DNA of 64,000 bases. Source: Paecilomyces variotii (lineage: Eukaryota). The position numbers and the translations under genes were made by a program. The notes under the pieces were generated by a model. It ran no database searches, was not told the DNA's origin, and saw only the letters and a list, made by a program, of their open reading frames with translations. Below, in pieces: positions 23,903 to 38,681 of this stretch (the stretch's first letter is position 1; each line of letters opens with the position of its first letter). The stretch lies in assembly GCA_004022145.1 (NCBI GenBank), contig RCNU01000009.1; one strand, written 5' to 3'.

Positions 23903-26436
23903 ATGGATCCGGCGAACCAGTTGGACCTTGAAGGTCCACCACGCAAGAAGATGAGAAAAGGCACTAGAAGCTGCATTGAATGTATGTCTGTGTTATGAGG
24001 TTTTGTGCATCCTGCGCGGCACATCAGAATGTATCATCCGCTGTGCCCCCGCATTTCTACTGTGACAGCTCTTGTTGCCCAGCCAGTTACGCTTTCGGGG
24101 AATTCCATGCAGCTACACACTTCCTGCTATGGCCGTTTAATATCGATATGATGGACTGCTTCTTGTTGACAGAATTTGTCTAGGTCGACGCCGGAAGATC
24201 CGTTGCACCTTTGATCCAGAACGTCACAACGTCTGTAATGAGTGTTATGCCAGAGGATCCGTATGCATTGATCAGGAACATGGCTCCTTGCCGCCACGCA
24301 GCACTGGGGGAGAGCAGCGATACAGTCTGCGAGAGAGAGTCGCCCAGCTGGAAACTGTTGTGGCTGGTATTTTGACGCAATTGGAAGGTCGCCAATCGAG
24401 TGTCCCTCTCGCTCATTCTGCACAAAGCTTTTCAGAGAATGAACGAGGTGAGCAAGCTTGCAGATTACCTACATCATGCTTCAAGTGACTTTTGGCATAT
24501 ATTCCCTTTCACTCATCAACCGTCTATCCAAACGAAGCAATATACTGATGACCCTACAGCTGCCAGGGCTCAGAGAAGCACCAGCCATGACATATGTCCA
24601 ACACCGACAGTTTCCTCGGTGTCTTCTTCGTACGATCAGCTGGAAACTGCGAACGCTCCTGTTTTGCAACTGTTCAATAACTACGTAGTCTCTCGAGAAG
24701 ATCCCCCATCGGGCGACGACAGCAAAGCTGTGCCACAGGATATGTCACCCAAGGCTCTCTCTGCACGAAATGCATTGATCTCTCTTCTGCCTCCAAATCC
24801 AGATATAGATAGAATTCTCAACGGAACCATTAAGTGGTGGGCATACTGGCAAACACGATTTCCAGAAATATGCGATAACTGCCGCAGGTCTTTAACAACA
24901 GGTGTCAGACATTGCGACATACCCGCTTCTCCTGCTGAGGTAGCTAAGATGCTTATTTGTGTCGTGTTGAGCATTGATCAGCTCCCATTGGATTTTGATT
25001 ATTCTGCATTACAACGACCTTTCGACCCAAAGAAGTACACCGACCGCTGCATTTCCGAGATATACAGGCTCATCGTCCATGATGATGACTTTGCAGCCAC
25101 CTTTCCGGGGATCGAGTGTCAGATGCTAATCTCGAAATATCATACTAATGTCGGGCGGCCACGAAAAGCCTGGTTGGCCTGTCGTCGGGCTATCGAATTT
25201 GCCCAACTCACTGGCCTGCATTTATTAACCGCAAAACCGCCTCGCCCCGGTGATGAGCTATATGATCGTCGTCTACGACTATGGATCAATTTGGTTTCAA
25301 CAGACCGGTTCCTCAGTCTCATTTTGGGCCTTCCATACTCTGTTTCGGACGATGCTTATTCCCCACAAGTTAAATTGTGTTTAAACGGCCAACTGACCGG
25401 GTTTGAGAGATATGTGGCTCGCATAGGAGTCTTCATGGGGCAGGTCATCGACCGGAATCAACGTCCTGGAGAAATGTCCCTGCCGGAGACATTGAGGATG
25501 GATCAGGAACTGGAGGAGCTGGCAAAAGAGATGCCAAGCAGCTGGTGGGACCCGAATGCCGGTGACCAGTATACAGTACAAGAGAATTGTGATCGCCTGA
25601 TGAGCCTCTTCTACCATAGTTTCCTACGCTCTCTGCTTCACCTACCATTCATGCTTAAATCGAACACGGACAGAAGGTGCAAATATTGTCACGATGCCGC
25701 TCTCGAATCCTCCAGGAATGGCTTGGTCGCCTACACGGATCTGAGAGCTCTTGCAGGCATCAATCCCTACATATGCAAAGTGCTTGACTTCTTCGCGTTC
25801 ACTTTGGGTATGCTTTTGGTCGTCCATTTACTTGGCTACTCGGAGGAATTGGAGAACTACAGCAGAATGCAAGATGAAAAGGACTGGCAGCTGGTGAATA
25901 AAACTACCGAGAGTCTACGTCGTGCTGCTGCAGAGAGCGGCGGCACTGTGGCTGCGCAGTCTGCCAATATCTTGGGCACGATATGTGACAACTGTTCGTC
26001 TGGAGATTCTTGCCCTGGCTCGACGAGTGGCAGCAGAAGCTGCAAGATCACGGTCCCATTCTTTGGCACCATCACTGTCGCGCCGGGGAAGAAATTCTCC
26101 GCTCAACGTATCACTCAATGCTCGCCTCAGACATCAAGCTATTCCCAGGTATCAAGCCAGAAAGGGAACCAGCTGTACACTCCTCCGCAGTCCAATCCGA
26201 CGGCCGTCAGTTCGACGCAGCCGACACCGATACCAGAGGGTGGCTACCCGGATGAGTCGTGGATCCAGCTGCAAAACGTGGTTGCGCTACCATATACGGG
26301 ACTGGACCCAAACGGCTTTCACAATTCCTTCGAAGACCCAGGGCTAGGCATGTGGTCGAATCCCCTCGTTGGTCTCGATCTGGACCAGGGCTGGAACCTG
26401 AACTGGACTGAAGATGGCAACGCAGTGATCGAATAA
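23903..26436 (+). CDS. Zn(II)2Cys6 transcription factor with fungal TF middle-homology region; likely cluster regulator
   Basis: Spliced KMRKGTRSCIEC|RRRKIRC..VCNECYARGSVC (introns ~23982-24183 and ~24448-24559), then a long exon with RRLRLWINLVSTDRFLSLILGLP. Divergent from the MFS gene. Confidence 0.92.
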
Positions 26437-27643
26437 TCCTCTGCGAATAAGGTCCATGTAACATAATTAGATCCCTACTCATCTTACGAGATGCATTGTT
26501 GTCATCATGTACAATAACACTCCACTTATACGCCTTTCATGAACCAGCTTGCCATAATTCAACCGATGTCCCATGATTCGATCAGATTCTTTGCGGTTCA
26601 AGTTTTTATTTGTGCACCAACAGACGTGATACACTGGATTTTGTCCGGGTGTTAACATTGGCATAGAGAAAGGAGAGACTGCATCTTTATATTTCTCTGG
26701 AGCAGAGCATGCTTCTAGAACAAGGCTATAAATAAGTTGCGCGGCCTGCTCAGGGGAGTCTCGGGGGTTCCACTCTGTTGTCCCTGTTCCAGATTCCAAT
26801 AAATCTCGGCCATGATAGTTGCACATTTAAAATAATTAGCCCGGGCCATCCTTACAGCCTAGTAAGACGTCAAGATTAAGTATCTTAACCCATCCATGAG
26901 AGAATGTACGCTAGGCAGAAGGTCATCCTATAGAAGGTTATAGGTACCGACAGTCCCTTAGGTTCCGATATTATTATTTCCAGAGTGACGGAAAGATAAA
27001 GAGTATATATACTTAGCTGCTTGGATCGTCTACAAGTGTGCGTCATAGCTCAGTGACGGACACTGTTTGAGAGTCTACTTGTAACTACTGCTGGCGCTAA
27101 ACGACTCGTTGCAGAGACGAGGAAATCGCCGACTGGGAATTGACGCTGATCCGCAGGGAGACAGGAGGAGCCACGAGAGCAAATAGACCAGTTTGTGTCT
27201 CTATCTAACTATGTCGTGGAGTTCTTTTATTTATACGACCATCCGTCACGCGGTCAACCGGTGGCTCGATCCTGGCCCACCAGAACAGCCCCAGAAACGC
27301 GCCCGCGGAGCTAGTTACTTGTGATCTCTATCCGTGATCCCAACACCGTCCGACCGCAACAGCATCGCCGAGGCCAGCTCGGCAACTTGCGACTTTCATC
27401 TTCCACTATCGGAACATTACTCCTCCTGCGACTTGGAGGCATCATCTCCTGCGTCCTGGACTGCATGCATTGCTGAATCTTGCTCAGCTCGCCTTTCTGT
27501 TGACTGGCTACCCCTGTTGCCCCCTCGTACTGCATGCGCCGCAGCGGTCTCGCCACAGTTGACGCTCCTTGATCCTGTCCGTCAGCAATACTCCGGTTGT
27601 CCTCAGCGATCGTTCTCTCTCGCCATCAATACAATCGCTGGAG

Positions 27644-30592
27644 ATGTCGGACCGACCTCTCGTCGCCAACAGGAGCTCAACTGCTCCCACCGTCATAGGG
27701 ACGAACGGCCATATGGCTTCCGTCGGTGATAGCAACGACACAACAACCTACGAACATGGCGTACAGGTGGTGGACGAACAAAAGGAGTTCAAGTAGGTCA
27801 TATTACTCGCACAAAAACAAGCATGCTTTGTACAGATGTGTCTCTATTGCTGCCCTTGGGAATCTCTCGCGCCCTACCTTGTCGCAATCGAGCACACACG
27901 TCATCAGGGGACGTCTAGCATTGTGCAGCCGGTCAACGTCAACTAACAGCTTACCATAGTCCTAATCTGTCAAAATATCTCTCCCTTGAAAATGTAACGC
28001 CGGCTGGGTTTAACTACCACCTTATTTCGGTATTTGGTTCCCAGTCAACCGGAAAGTCCACGCTCCTCAATCACCTCTTTGGCACACAATTCAGCGTCAT
28101 GTCCGAACTGGAAAGAAGACAGACCACCAAGGGTATTTGGCTATCCAAGAACAAATTGCAGAATCAGGGGACAGATGAAAGCACCCGAATGGCAGACAAC
28201 ATTCTAGTGATGGACGTCGAGGGTACGGATGGACGCGAAAGAGGCGAAGACCAGGACTTCGAGCGCAAGAGTGCGCTGTTCGCGCTGGCGACCAGTGAGG
28301 TGCTGATCGTCAACATTTGGGAACACCAAGTGGGATTGTATCAGGGTGCCAATATGGGATTGCTCAAGACCGTCTTCGAGGTCAATCTGCAGCTTTTCTT
28401 GAAAGACAGAAAGTAGGTTGAACTTCAGTCTGGCTGTCCGGTACACTTCTGGATATGACTAACAAGATCCCATATAGCACGACCCACCGATCGTTACTGT
28501 TCTTTGTTATCCGTGATTTCCTGGGCGCTACCCCCCTTAAGAACCTACAGAAGACGTTGCTCGAGGACTTGTCACGGATATGGGCATCGTTGTCTAAGCC
28601 CCAGGGCTTGGAGAAGTCCACGATCCATGACTACTTCGATTTTGCCTTCTACGGTCTGCCGCATAAGGGCTACCAGCCCGATCAGTTTGCTGCGGAGGTA
28701 AAGAAGCTAGGCACTCGATTCCGTGAGGGGCGCAAGGATCCCAAGAGAGACGTGCTGGAACTCAATGATGGCGGCATATTCCTTCCTGAGTATCATAGAC
28801 GGATCCCTGCCGACGGTTTCGCGAGATATGCGGAGGGTATTTGGGACCAGATTGTGAACAACAAGGACCTGGACCTCCCCACACAACAAGAACTGCTTGC
28901 ACAGTTCCGCTGTGACGAGATTCTGCGAGAAGTCACACTCGCCTTCGATGAGGCTATTATCCCCTTTGAGGAGAAGCAGGCAGAAGGCGTTCGCTCTGGA
29001 CAGCCGCAAGTGCTCGGAGGCTTGGGCCCGGCGATGAGGGCGGCTCGCACGAAGGCCTTCCAGAAGTTTGAGACGGAAGCTAGTCGATACCATAAGGGTG
29101 TTTACCAGCGAAAGCGAGCAGAACTGGAAGACAAGACCGATACCCGTTTGAAAGCCCTTGTCCACGGCCAGCTCAGTGCAGCTCACAAATCGGGCGTTAA
29201 TGAATTCAGTGAAGCTGTCTCTGCAGCTGTCAAATCTGGCCAGAAGAAAGGTGCAAGCTACGATTTCGCCGAAATTGTCTCAAAGGAGACGCAAACCGCG
29301 CTTACGAGATTTGAAGAAGCAGCTCGTGCCTTGGTGGTGGAAGGTGCTGCCTGGAGTGACTATAAGAGTGCCCTATCTCTATATCAGAAGGACCTTGGAG
29401 AGGTCAGTGGGCGACTTAGAAGAGAGGAGATGCGCCGGCTGGCAACGCGTGTTGAAAAATGGGTTCAATCGCGGCTTGCAGAATCTGTCGGTTTGGAGTT
29501 CAACGCTCTGGGCTCGGGGCGTGGCGGCTCTGGTGCTCCCGAAACCGGCGAGAAGCCAGCAGAGAAGGACATTTGGGACAGAATTTGGAACCTGTTCGTG
29601 GATACAGTTCTCGATGCGGAGCGCAGGTTCACAGATCGTGCCCGGAGCTTTGACGCCAGCCTAGAAGAGGTCGATGTCGGTCTTTGGCGCCTCAGAAGGA
29701 AGTCCTGGGGCGTCCTACGTACGAAGATCGATGAGGAAATGATGGAGGGCAACCTCTTGTTGAAGCTTCGCGAGAACTTCGAGGACAAATTCCGGTATGA
29801 TGAGGCAGGAGTACCGAGAATATGGCGTCCTACCGATGACATCGAGGGTGTCTATACCCGTGCCAGAGAGTCAACTCTGACTCTGATCCCTCTGCTATCT
29901 CGATTCCGTCTCTCAGAGACCAATGCTCCTCCACCTCTTGACAAATGGATTGGCCAGACTCCCAGCTCAGCAACCCCTGCTGATGAGGAGGATCTGACTC
30001 CCATTGGCGGCGTGGACGAAGAAGATGGCAAGAGCTTGGAAGAGGAGACGACCATCCTCAGCGACGCTAAGCGACAAGACCTGACGGTGCGTTTCAAGAA
30101 GGCGGCCGACGGAGTGTATGTCGAAGCCAAACGAAGCGCCATCGGAGGCATGACCCAGGTCCCGTTGTATTTTTACGGTTTGCTTCTTGCTCTTGGTTGG
30201 AACGAAATTTTTGCTGGTGAGTATCACATCCAGACTCTTCCGAAACCATCTTTTCAAATGAACATTGAAGCTGACTTTCTACTATAGTACTCCGCAACCC
30301 CGCTTACTTTCTCCTCTTGTTCGTTTGTGCTGTTGGAGCATTTGTCACGTACAAACTTAACCTCTGGGGTCCAATCATGAAGATGACTGAGGCAGCCTCT
30401 CGCCAGGCAGTAGAGGAAGGAAAGCGTCGACTTCGCGAATTCCTCGAGTCCTCCGACACCGGAAGGCAGGCAATTGCCATGTCTGCCTCTGCCGCCAACG
30501 GAGGTCGCAAAGAGGAATACGAAATGTCCGATCTGCGCGGCAAGGGAGTCTCAGGAAAGTCGTCGTCCTACGAAGAAGAGGACGACCTGTGA
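27644..30592 (+). CDS. SEY1: Sey1/RHD3 dynamin-like GTPase (ER membrane fusion)
   Basis: Exons 27644-27792, 27960-28412, 28478-30216, 30288-30592. P-loop [41 protein letters not shown]-terminal TM hairpin LLLALGWNE. Start could instead be ATG 27713. Confidence 0.96.
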
Positions 30593-31106
30593 GATACATA
30601 TCTTGAGTCTTTCTGTGTTATAAGTACCTTGTGTTGAGTCGAAAAAACGGGATGAAGAACCCGTTTGGCGCATATGAAGGGGCGATTGAACACCATTGAT
30701 TGAGTTTTCCCGTTTATTTGCATTGTCGTAAATAGGAAGTATCAGGAAGGCCCGAAGGGACTGTATCCGATGTAGATCCAGGAAAAAATGTAAAGTCTTA
30801 GTGGGATCGAATGGTTACTGTGTATAAATATCAAAGAACACGAGTATCCTTTTGTTTGAAGCATCTGTGAAAGGAGAAGCGTTCTCAGTATCTTTGGCCA
30901 CAATAAGGGCAAGCTTCCGTAAGTAGTATTACACGAGATAAACAGAATACAAGAGAGAAGCAAAGAGCGAATAGAGAGAATAGAAACCAGCCACATTCTA
31001 TCCGCTATCCCATGCCCTTCTGCCAAAGTTGCTCGCAACATCTCATCATCAGACTCGTTTATAACCAAAACTGAACATATCATCATCATTATACGAGCGT
31101 ACAGCA

Positions 31107-33051
31107 TCAACCCAGACTCAACTGATCACTCATAGGCTGCACATATCTCGCCCAATCGCTACGTATCCTAGTCTCATCCACATGGGAGCTAGGCTCCGCC
31201 AAATCTCTTCTCTTCCACACCGTCTCAACAATATCTCGCACACGGGCAATAGACCCCGCCGCAACGATGGAAAACTCATGTCTTCCAAGCACGCTGAACT
31301 GATCCAGGAAGAATACTCTGTCCTCGTCCTCGGTGGCATGCACGGCAGCGACGAAAAGCGGCCATAGATGCGCTGAGCGGAGATAAGTAGGTGAAAGGGG
31401 TCTGATGCATTCTATAGCGCTGGTGAGTAGGTGTTGTGTTTGAGCTGTGGAGCACTCCTGTGGTCGAAGGGTAGCGATGAAGTATAGTCTGGCTGCGGTG
31501 TGGATGAATGCTGATGTTCGTAGGAGGATGTCAGATGGTGAGAGCGCTTCGCTGGGAGAAGCAGTTGTGGGATTCTGTGAAAAGGAAGGTGGGAGTCGTT
31601 GGGCGAGGGATCTGAGCTGGTGGTCTATGTTATTGGTTTTCTTCAACCAGTCGCTTGATTCCATGAGGCTGGTGTTGGATATGGTCTGTTCGGGTTAAAG
31701 GTTAGAATAAGGATGAGTGGGATACAAGCGTGGATTTGTATGTGTTTATGTATTTATGTATGTACTTACTATTTCTCTTGAAGCGTCTGTTATTGACGAG
31801 ATGATATGGATTAATTCATATGAACAGCCAATAGAAGGGTCGATCTAATAATATTTGAATAAGCATAGAATCCAGAGAAAGGAGGTAGGCTCGCGCATTT
31901 TACCTCATCAGATTGTGACGAAGGGAGCTCCTTAATCTTCGCCCTCTTCCCACAGGCTGAGCGACCAAGGGCGTCCCTGACGAGGAAGTATCTTGAAACA
32001 AATTCAGAAACAGCCGGTGATATCGCTGGTATTTTACTTTTATCGGTCTGCAGGCGCATCAAATCGATAGCAGCCGATAAATGTGTTGACCAGGATGTTT
32101 GGCAGTTATCAGATATCTAAACCGGGAAGGAATTCAGCATCGGAGAGTAGTACTTGAATGAATATAAGATCACATACGTCGAAAACACAAAGCATTAGAA
32201 TTGCTATCAGGTTATAGTCATTCACAGCTGTTTCGATATTGCTGATTTTCTGTCGAAGTAGTCGAATCGAACGATGTTTGTGTCGTAATGCAACGGTATA
32301 AATGTTCTCCTGTCCTGTAGCGCTCAGTGCTAAGGCTCCAAGGGCCAGAACGGTCTCCATAACAAGATCATCATTCAATGATAATGGCAGGATGATCTGG
32401 CGAAAAGCGTTGTATTGATAGTCAACGAGCGTCATGTTCTCGCAAACGCGCTGCAAGTCTGCATAACATCACTCAGCTAAGACCTTCAGAGTGACACCAG
32501 AGAAGAGCTGTATAGTTACTTACAAAAATCGAAAAATTGACCGTCTTGACTCGCGCGCAAAGTCGGAAACAATGCAGGCTCGATGATGATGCTCGGACTA
32601 GACGCTCTGCGCAGGATTGTGTAGGAATGCCTGAAAGGGAACAACGAAATGGCTACTTCATCCTCCAAGTCATGCACAGTAGTATTGATAAAATGTTCCA
32701 CCTTTCCTTTCATCGGGGCCTCTACCCATGACTGGGTGCTCAAAGGAGCCAAAGTCCGAGTAGCCCGACCATGCTTGACGCCTCGCTGACGGCTTTCATC
32801 CTCCCACTGCAGCTGGACTTCGTATCTACATGTTTTGTTATCGTCCCAGCAGCGGCTGCAAATTGGTTTGTTCTCTATTACCAAGTCGATCAGTTCCCGA
32901 TCGGGAATAAAATGGTGCTAATATATTATTATCGCTCACCTGGGCATCGCAATTTGCGTTTTTTGCAGGTCAGACATCCCCGCCGCGAATGAGTTACATT
33001 TCGACCAGAAGAGCGCGGGGCTCTCGCGACTATTGAATTCTCAACGCGCAT
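31107..33051 (-). CDS. Zn(II)2Cys6 transcription factor with Fungal_trans_2-type C-terminus
   Basis: HSRRGCLTCKKRKLRCP|ENKPICSRCWDDNKTC across an intron. Later exons YNAFRQIILPL, ILMLCVFD, HLWPLFVAA, VETVWKRRD. Multi-intron model is approximate. Confidence 0.88.
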
Positions 33052-36000
33052 CTCTCATCGCTAGATCTTGACTAGAAATGAGTGGCGTCGATAAAGAAAA
33101 AGAGTCATCTCCAGATGAAGCGCTATCGACACAGTAGTGCTGATGGCCAGTCCAAGCGCGATGCTTAGCTATCGTCCTTTTTGCCATCCAATAAATTATT
33201 CCGCTCCACACGGGCCGCGCTTATGGTCAACTTCACCCGGCGCCATCAATGAGAATATCCGTTTTTAGCCGGGTTTTCATTATTATTACAGAGACTTTGA
33301 GCGCGTATAATAATAATGTATCCGTGGACTATGTGCTTATCATTGTGCGCTATCTGAAGAAACCCGTAAGTACCTAGTTAACTACTGCTATGGTCCTCAG
33401 AACGCCAAGATATATCCAGAATGAAGAACGAGACTATACAGTCAGAAGACATAATACACTGGCTATTGGTTACTGAGATAATATTGTTTAATATATATAC
33501 ATGCATTCTTATTAGTCGCATCGGGCATGTAATCTCTAAGAATCACCCTCCTATGACAGTGCTGGACTATCTTGCAGGGCTATCATTGTATTTGACAAGC
33601 ATAGTATCGCCTGCGACAGACAATTTCTCAGTTTGCTTCCTATGCATCTCTGGAAAGAATGCAACACAGAATTCCTGGGAGGGAGCAGGTTTACTACTAA
33701 CTAGCTATAGCTAGGACATGTATGCCAGAACAAGATGCTTGGGGCCATGCCAGCTTCTACGTGTACCTGCATATATATATATATAAGCGGTGAAATATCA
33801 CCTTCCATCAAGATGCTCTCGTTTCCAATCATTCAATAGAGAAATATTTGGCTTTTTTTTGCGACCCAGGTTCCTAAAAAAGGATATACGTCCGAGATAC
33901 AACAATCGAGCAGATATTTTAGATAGTCAAATGGCTGTCGCTACGCTTTCATGCTCTACAAGTCAATGGAACTTCACCTTGCTCTTCAATGACAGTACAA
34001 TCCTTCGTCCAAACTATTCAATGAACGGCATAATGACTAGCGATGCTAGCGATGCTAGCAATGTTCCTTAGAATCTTAGGACTGGCATTTTCTCCAAGTC
34101 GATGCCCTATGTCTCGTTGCACTTTCCTCCTAAAGCTAGCATCTATGCAGCTCCTCTTCGATCCTGCTACCTAGTAACTAGTGCAGATCCCCTGGGCTCT
34201 AGCTTCGTAGAGGACCAAACAGGGGGAAAGCCTCTCCTGTATCCTAGCTCTGAGACATCTGTTAGGCGAATCGTTCCATCGGGTCCATTCTCACAGTATC
34301 AAAATAATGCTCGGCGATCTGTAACAACTAGCTTGCCACTGGGTTTACTGAACTCGTCCATCCCTGTCATTCCGCGGCAACAGCAAAGTCAGAGGGCTGG
34401 CACTTCCTCCATCGCGGGGAGCAGCTTCCGATGGTGCGGTTTGTGGAGGAATAGTCTCGCGCCGCCGGTCATAATTCGGGGTAAGAATGGTTCGTGGTTA
34501 CGTGGAATAGTTATCGTTGATACGGGGTAGACTCTATGAGGTACTGGCATGGCGAGAGATAACAATAATGAGGCGTTTATAGCCCGTGCGGTTGGAAAAG
34601 GCGACAGGGATGTTAACAGGTTTGGCTGCCCCAAGGACCATTCGGACGGGACAATAATAGTTGCGGGACTCCCCCCGATCTAGAGCTGTTTCTTCCTTTA
34701 GAGATAATTCCAGAACACAGATGTCTTATCTAGATTCCAGACGGGGTTGATCATGATTTTATACTGACTATTGATCCTCCAGTCACAGCGTTATAATAAT
34801 ATCACTTCTTTACCGTCTTTCTGCAGAGCTTCCAAGATCGCCAACCTCGATGGGGCACCATCTCCCGCCAATGGTAGATAGCGTGAGCTTCAATGGAACG
34901 AACATCATTTGGTACACGATATCATCAAGGCGGCCCGTCTCATTGTCGTCCCCTCACTGGGTCTGTCAACGTTGATAACTTGATAAACTTTGATTTGATA
35001 GTATGACCTCTGCTGGATCAATAATTCCGCATAACATATCACTTGGTACTATTATTATTATCGCATCCACCTAACATCAAATACCGTCAAGCATTGACCC
35101 ACAGGAAGCCGGTACTGAGCCACAATAATACCTTTGGACTAGGACACGGCGTGGAAGGTACCGTTCCCCCCGGCCCGCGCTGTCGCGGGAAGCATATAAC
35201 TATTCTAACATAACGATAGCCCGTCGTGGACTCAGTGGTGGTGATGGATATTGGACAAGAAGATCTACGCATTCGTAACAGACCTATCCGGAGCATTCCC
35301 GCCTAGCTCGTGCTATGAACGATCTCGGGGCGATTTTAGTATGGCCGTGAAGCCCGTCCCAGCGGTCCCTGGCGGGAGACGGCCTTCGTGCTAGAACATA
35401 TCCAGACACATAGCAGCACACCCGTTTCGTGGCCCGACCTCAATGAGCACGTTGCCCTATTGTGTGATTATATGATTGAGACTCGACATCCTAAATTCCT
35501 AGCCAGATTGCTTGTGGCTAACGTAGCCAGCAATAATAATAATACCCATCCCGATTCATCAATGGGCCGCTATACTCTTTTTGCTGTAACACTGCAGCAA
35601 CGAAACCAATGAACCTCGGCTTGAGGGCAATTCTGATGGGCCTGAGATGCTCAAGTCTGTGGCTGCTATGTCATGTCTGATTGACCATGTCCTGTAGAGC
35701 CAATAATGACCGCTATGTCTTGTCGCGCATATCAAAGTTATCTACTGGACAACTGTGATTTGTGGAATCACTGCAGGTATCAAGCATCTTCAGGGGCAAC
35801 AACAGCTACGGTTCGGAGCCATATAGAATAACATCATGGCTATGCCCCGCCTGAACGTGGTCGATCACCCACGATATGGGACAAGCGCTGGACAGGAAAC
35901 GGTCTGTCGCGGCTCGTAGTCTCGTGAGGGATATGAGACCCCGACTCGCCGATTGCCGATTTTAGCCCTGGTTCTCTCGATTCGAGACGACGATCAGGGC

Positions 36001-36759
36001 GAAACGGCGCCTTTTCTCTCACGAACGCCCGGCGTGTGTTCCCTGCCCCTGAGTCCTCGGCGCCCGCAGTATCATGCACAGAATAAGCCCTAAATGAGAA
36101 GCTTTGCTACTTTGGTCCACGTTGTCGCACCATCTATCCGAGTTTCCGGCTCTTGCCAGCCACACAAGGCTTTGTGCGCATGAATATTTTTTCCGTAAGT
36201 AAAACAACGTCGACTCGACTAGAAGAGATTTTGTGGGAGCTAATAACATATCTAATGCAGGTCCAAGCTTGGTGGCGCGCTGAATTATTGAGGGTTTATC
36301 GAAGCCATCCAAGCCTCAAAGCATAAACCACCATTATCGTGGACGCCATGCGAACGATCGAGGAGGGGCATTCCAGTAGTTCGCGCTAACGAGTCTTATT
36401 CGCCTTAACGATGTCGCAACAGGTGCTCTGTGCGGCAACTGCGAGTCATGGTCGCTCTTCGGCCATTTTAGAGCTGATTAGACCAGACCGTACACGCTAC
36501 AAATCCTACTCTACGTAAGAGGCACGCTGGACAATTTTCCTGAGATCAGATCGCACCAAATTAGCCGGTTGCTAGGCTTTTTCTTGAAGACCTGAATTAT
36601 AAGGCTGACTTGGCACAGGCTGCCCTGGCGCAACTGCTGCATAAAACGATGATTTAGTTACCATATCATCTGATGGTGTGGCAAGGTCAAAGTGATAGAT
36701 TTGATGTCACTGCATCTTAGTAATCTGCGTTGGGAAACTAACTAACTACGAAGTGACAC

Positions 36760-36788
36760 CTGGACTCCTCGTGTCTGGACTCCTCGTG
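36760..36788. repeat. Short tandem duplication (CTGGACTCCTCGTG x2)
   Basis: Two perfect 14-mers, 15-bp period. Confidence 0.8.
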
Positions 36789-38681
36789 CTCACTATCCGC
36801 GTGGTCGGCCAATATTTGGCCGCATCCATACAACGTCTCTTACGTTTTCCCCTTGTGGATACAACGTGGACGTAGAGTTTCGTGCTGCTTTTCGGTACAT
36901 ATTCCTTTAGCTTTTGACAGGCAAATGCCAGACAGTTAATTGGGACCGTTATGAATTGCTTTTGCTGGCAGCTGGAGAGCACACTGGGGTATTCCGTCTA
37001 CCCTCCCGTCCCGCACCAACTGAGTGGCTCATAAACTTCGACCAAGAAGCAGGACGCAACTTTCTGAACGCAGGCACGTTTTCTTATTGCCTGGGCCGGT
37101 CTCTTACGACTCGAGTTGCAACCTGCCAACGGGATGCTCCAGCAGTGCGGGTTTTCCTGACAGGAGACGAACCATGGTATCCATCTCAGTTTGACCGGCC
37201 CGATTCATAACTTCCATGTCTAACCGTGTTGATTTCTTGCACCTCAGGGGGGAAGTTCCTGAGCTATGTTTTTTCAGGGATCAATGAGAACCAAACAAAA
37301 ACAACAATAGATGCAATAATGTGGGCATCGGATGTGGCGCTGGCTGTACGCACATGGATGACCATGTACCGGCCAGGTGGATGAGCAAGCGGCAAAGGAC
37401 TCACGATCGATCGCACATCGCAAATTCCTGCGCCTTTCGGCGAGGGCAAGACTGGGCTAACTTGAACTACAGAGTTACATGATAGCCCAAGCACCCCACT
37501 GTGGTAGATTCTTCTAGCCTGTGCGTTCTTCAACTTCCTGTCTTGGCGGTCGTAGTGGGACGCTACTGTGACGGAGAAAAGCCCGTGCTACGTCGCGAGT
37601 CTGAACGCTACTCTAGAGGACCTTTTGCTGCTCTCGCTGTTGAACTTTGTTGCTGAGCATTCTTCTTATCGGGACATAGCAGAAAATTGGCGTCAAGGAT
37701 CCCTGTCGGATGAACTCAGTATACTTCACTAAGATTTAACCTCAAGAATCGGCAGTTATGCGTCTATATAATATCCAGACGACGGAACCGAATTTGGATG
37801 ACCTCTTGAGAAAATCCGGATATATCAATTTGAAGGTCACCGGAGACATCGACGCATTGACGCTGTAAATAAAATGTCACCAGCCATCATAATCGCATAG
37901 CGTGGTCAATATCAATGCACGTGGCCAGGGATCTTCCAGGTCGGCATAGGGGGCAACCGGTCGTTCTAGCAGCTGATTCCCGGCCTTTTCTATTAATCGA
38001 GACTGGATTGTATACCCACTTTCAGAATCATTTCCCTTACGACTGATCGGAATAAACGAGATGTAGATCTCCTGAGATATCGTATTTACTACTCTATTGA
38101 GATGCTCCCCGGGTCTCGCTATTGCTAGCGGACCATGCGCCTACTTTACGTATGAAAGCTCGTGCAGCGCTTGCAGTTAGAGGGCGTGCTCTACCATGGA
38201 CCGCCATTTTGGGCACTCTTACCGATCTCCGCGAGGAACCAAAAAGGACCCGGTCCCTGGAGATCGTCAGTGCTAGGACTCTAGGGTTTGGAGCGTTATG
38301 GACAAGGTTCTGTGGCTCGTCTACGATGAGAAGATCCGAAGAGTATCCACCCGGTACCGTTCTAGCCTTAAATCTCTCTGGAGAAGGTTGACTCGTCGTT
38401 CCTGGAGCCATTTCGTCCCTCCTTTTCCGCTCTGGAATAATAATAACATTTCAACATTGCTCCTCCGCCTGTCTGTCAGATGGTTTTACCTTGGATGGCG
38501 GAACTAGACCGGTGCATATAGCTCACCTCCAGGGCACCAGTTGTTCTCCCCAACGTCAAGACCGCGGAGGGCTCGATCTCCAGACGTTTGCCTCCGGCTG
38601 TCCACTCTTTTTCCTACGCCTTTCAGTCACTATTATAATAATTACTAGAGCTCGGAAGCTTTTGCTTCGTTAAAGGACAAA

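Noticed and set aside
26479-26826. 115-aa minus-strand ORF with weak resemblance to an SDR C-terminus
   Set aside because: No Rossmann or YxxxK motif nearby; too weak to call.
27695-27715. SEY1 reads IGTNGHM where a start Met might be expected
   Set aside because: In-frame ATGs exist both upstream (27644) and downstream (27713), so no unusual initiation is needed.
33400-38600. 5-kb gene-free stretch with short ORFs
   Set aside because: Reads as a long divergent promoter region; no tRNA, TE or coding signature found by eye.
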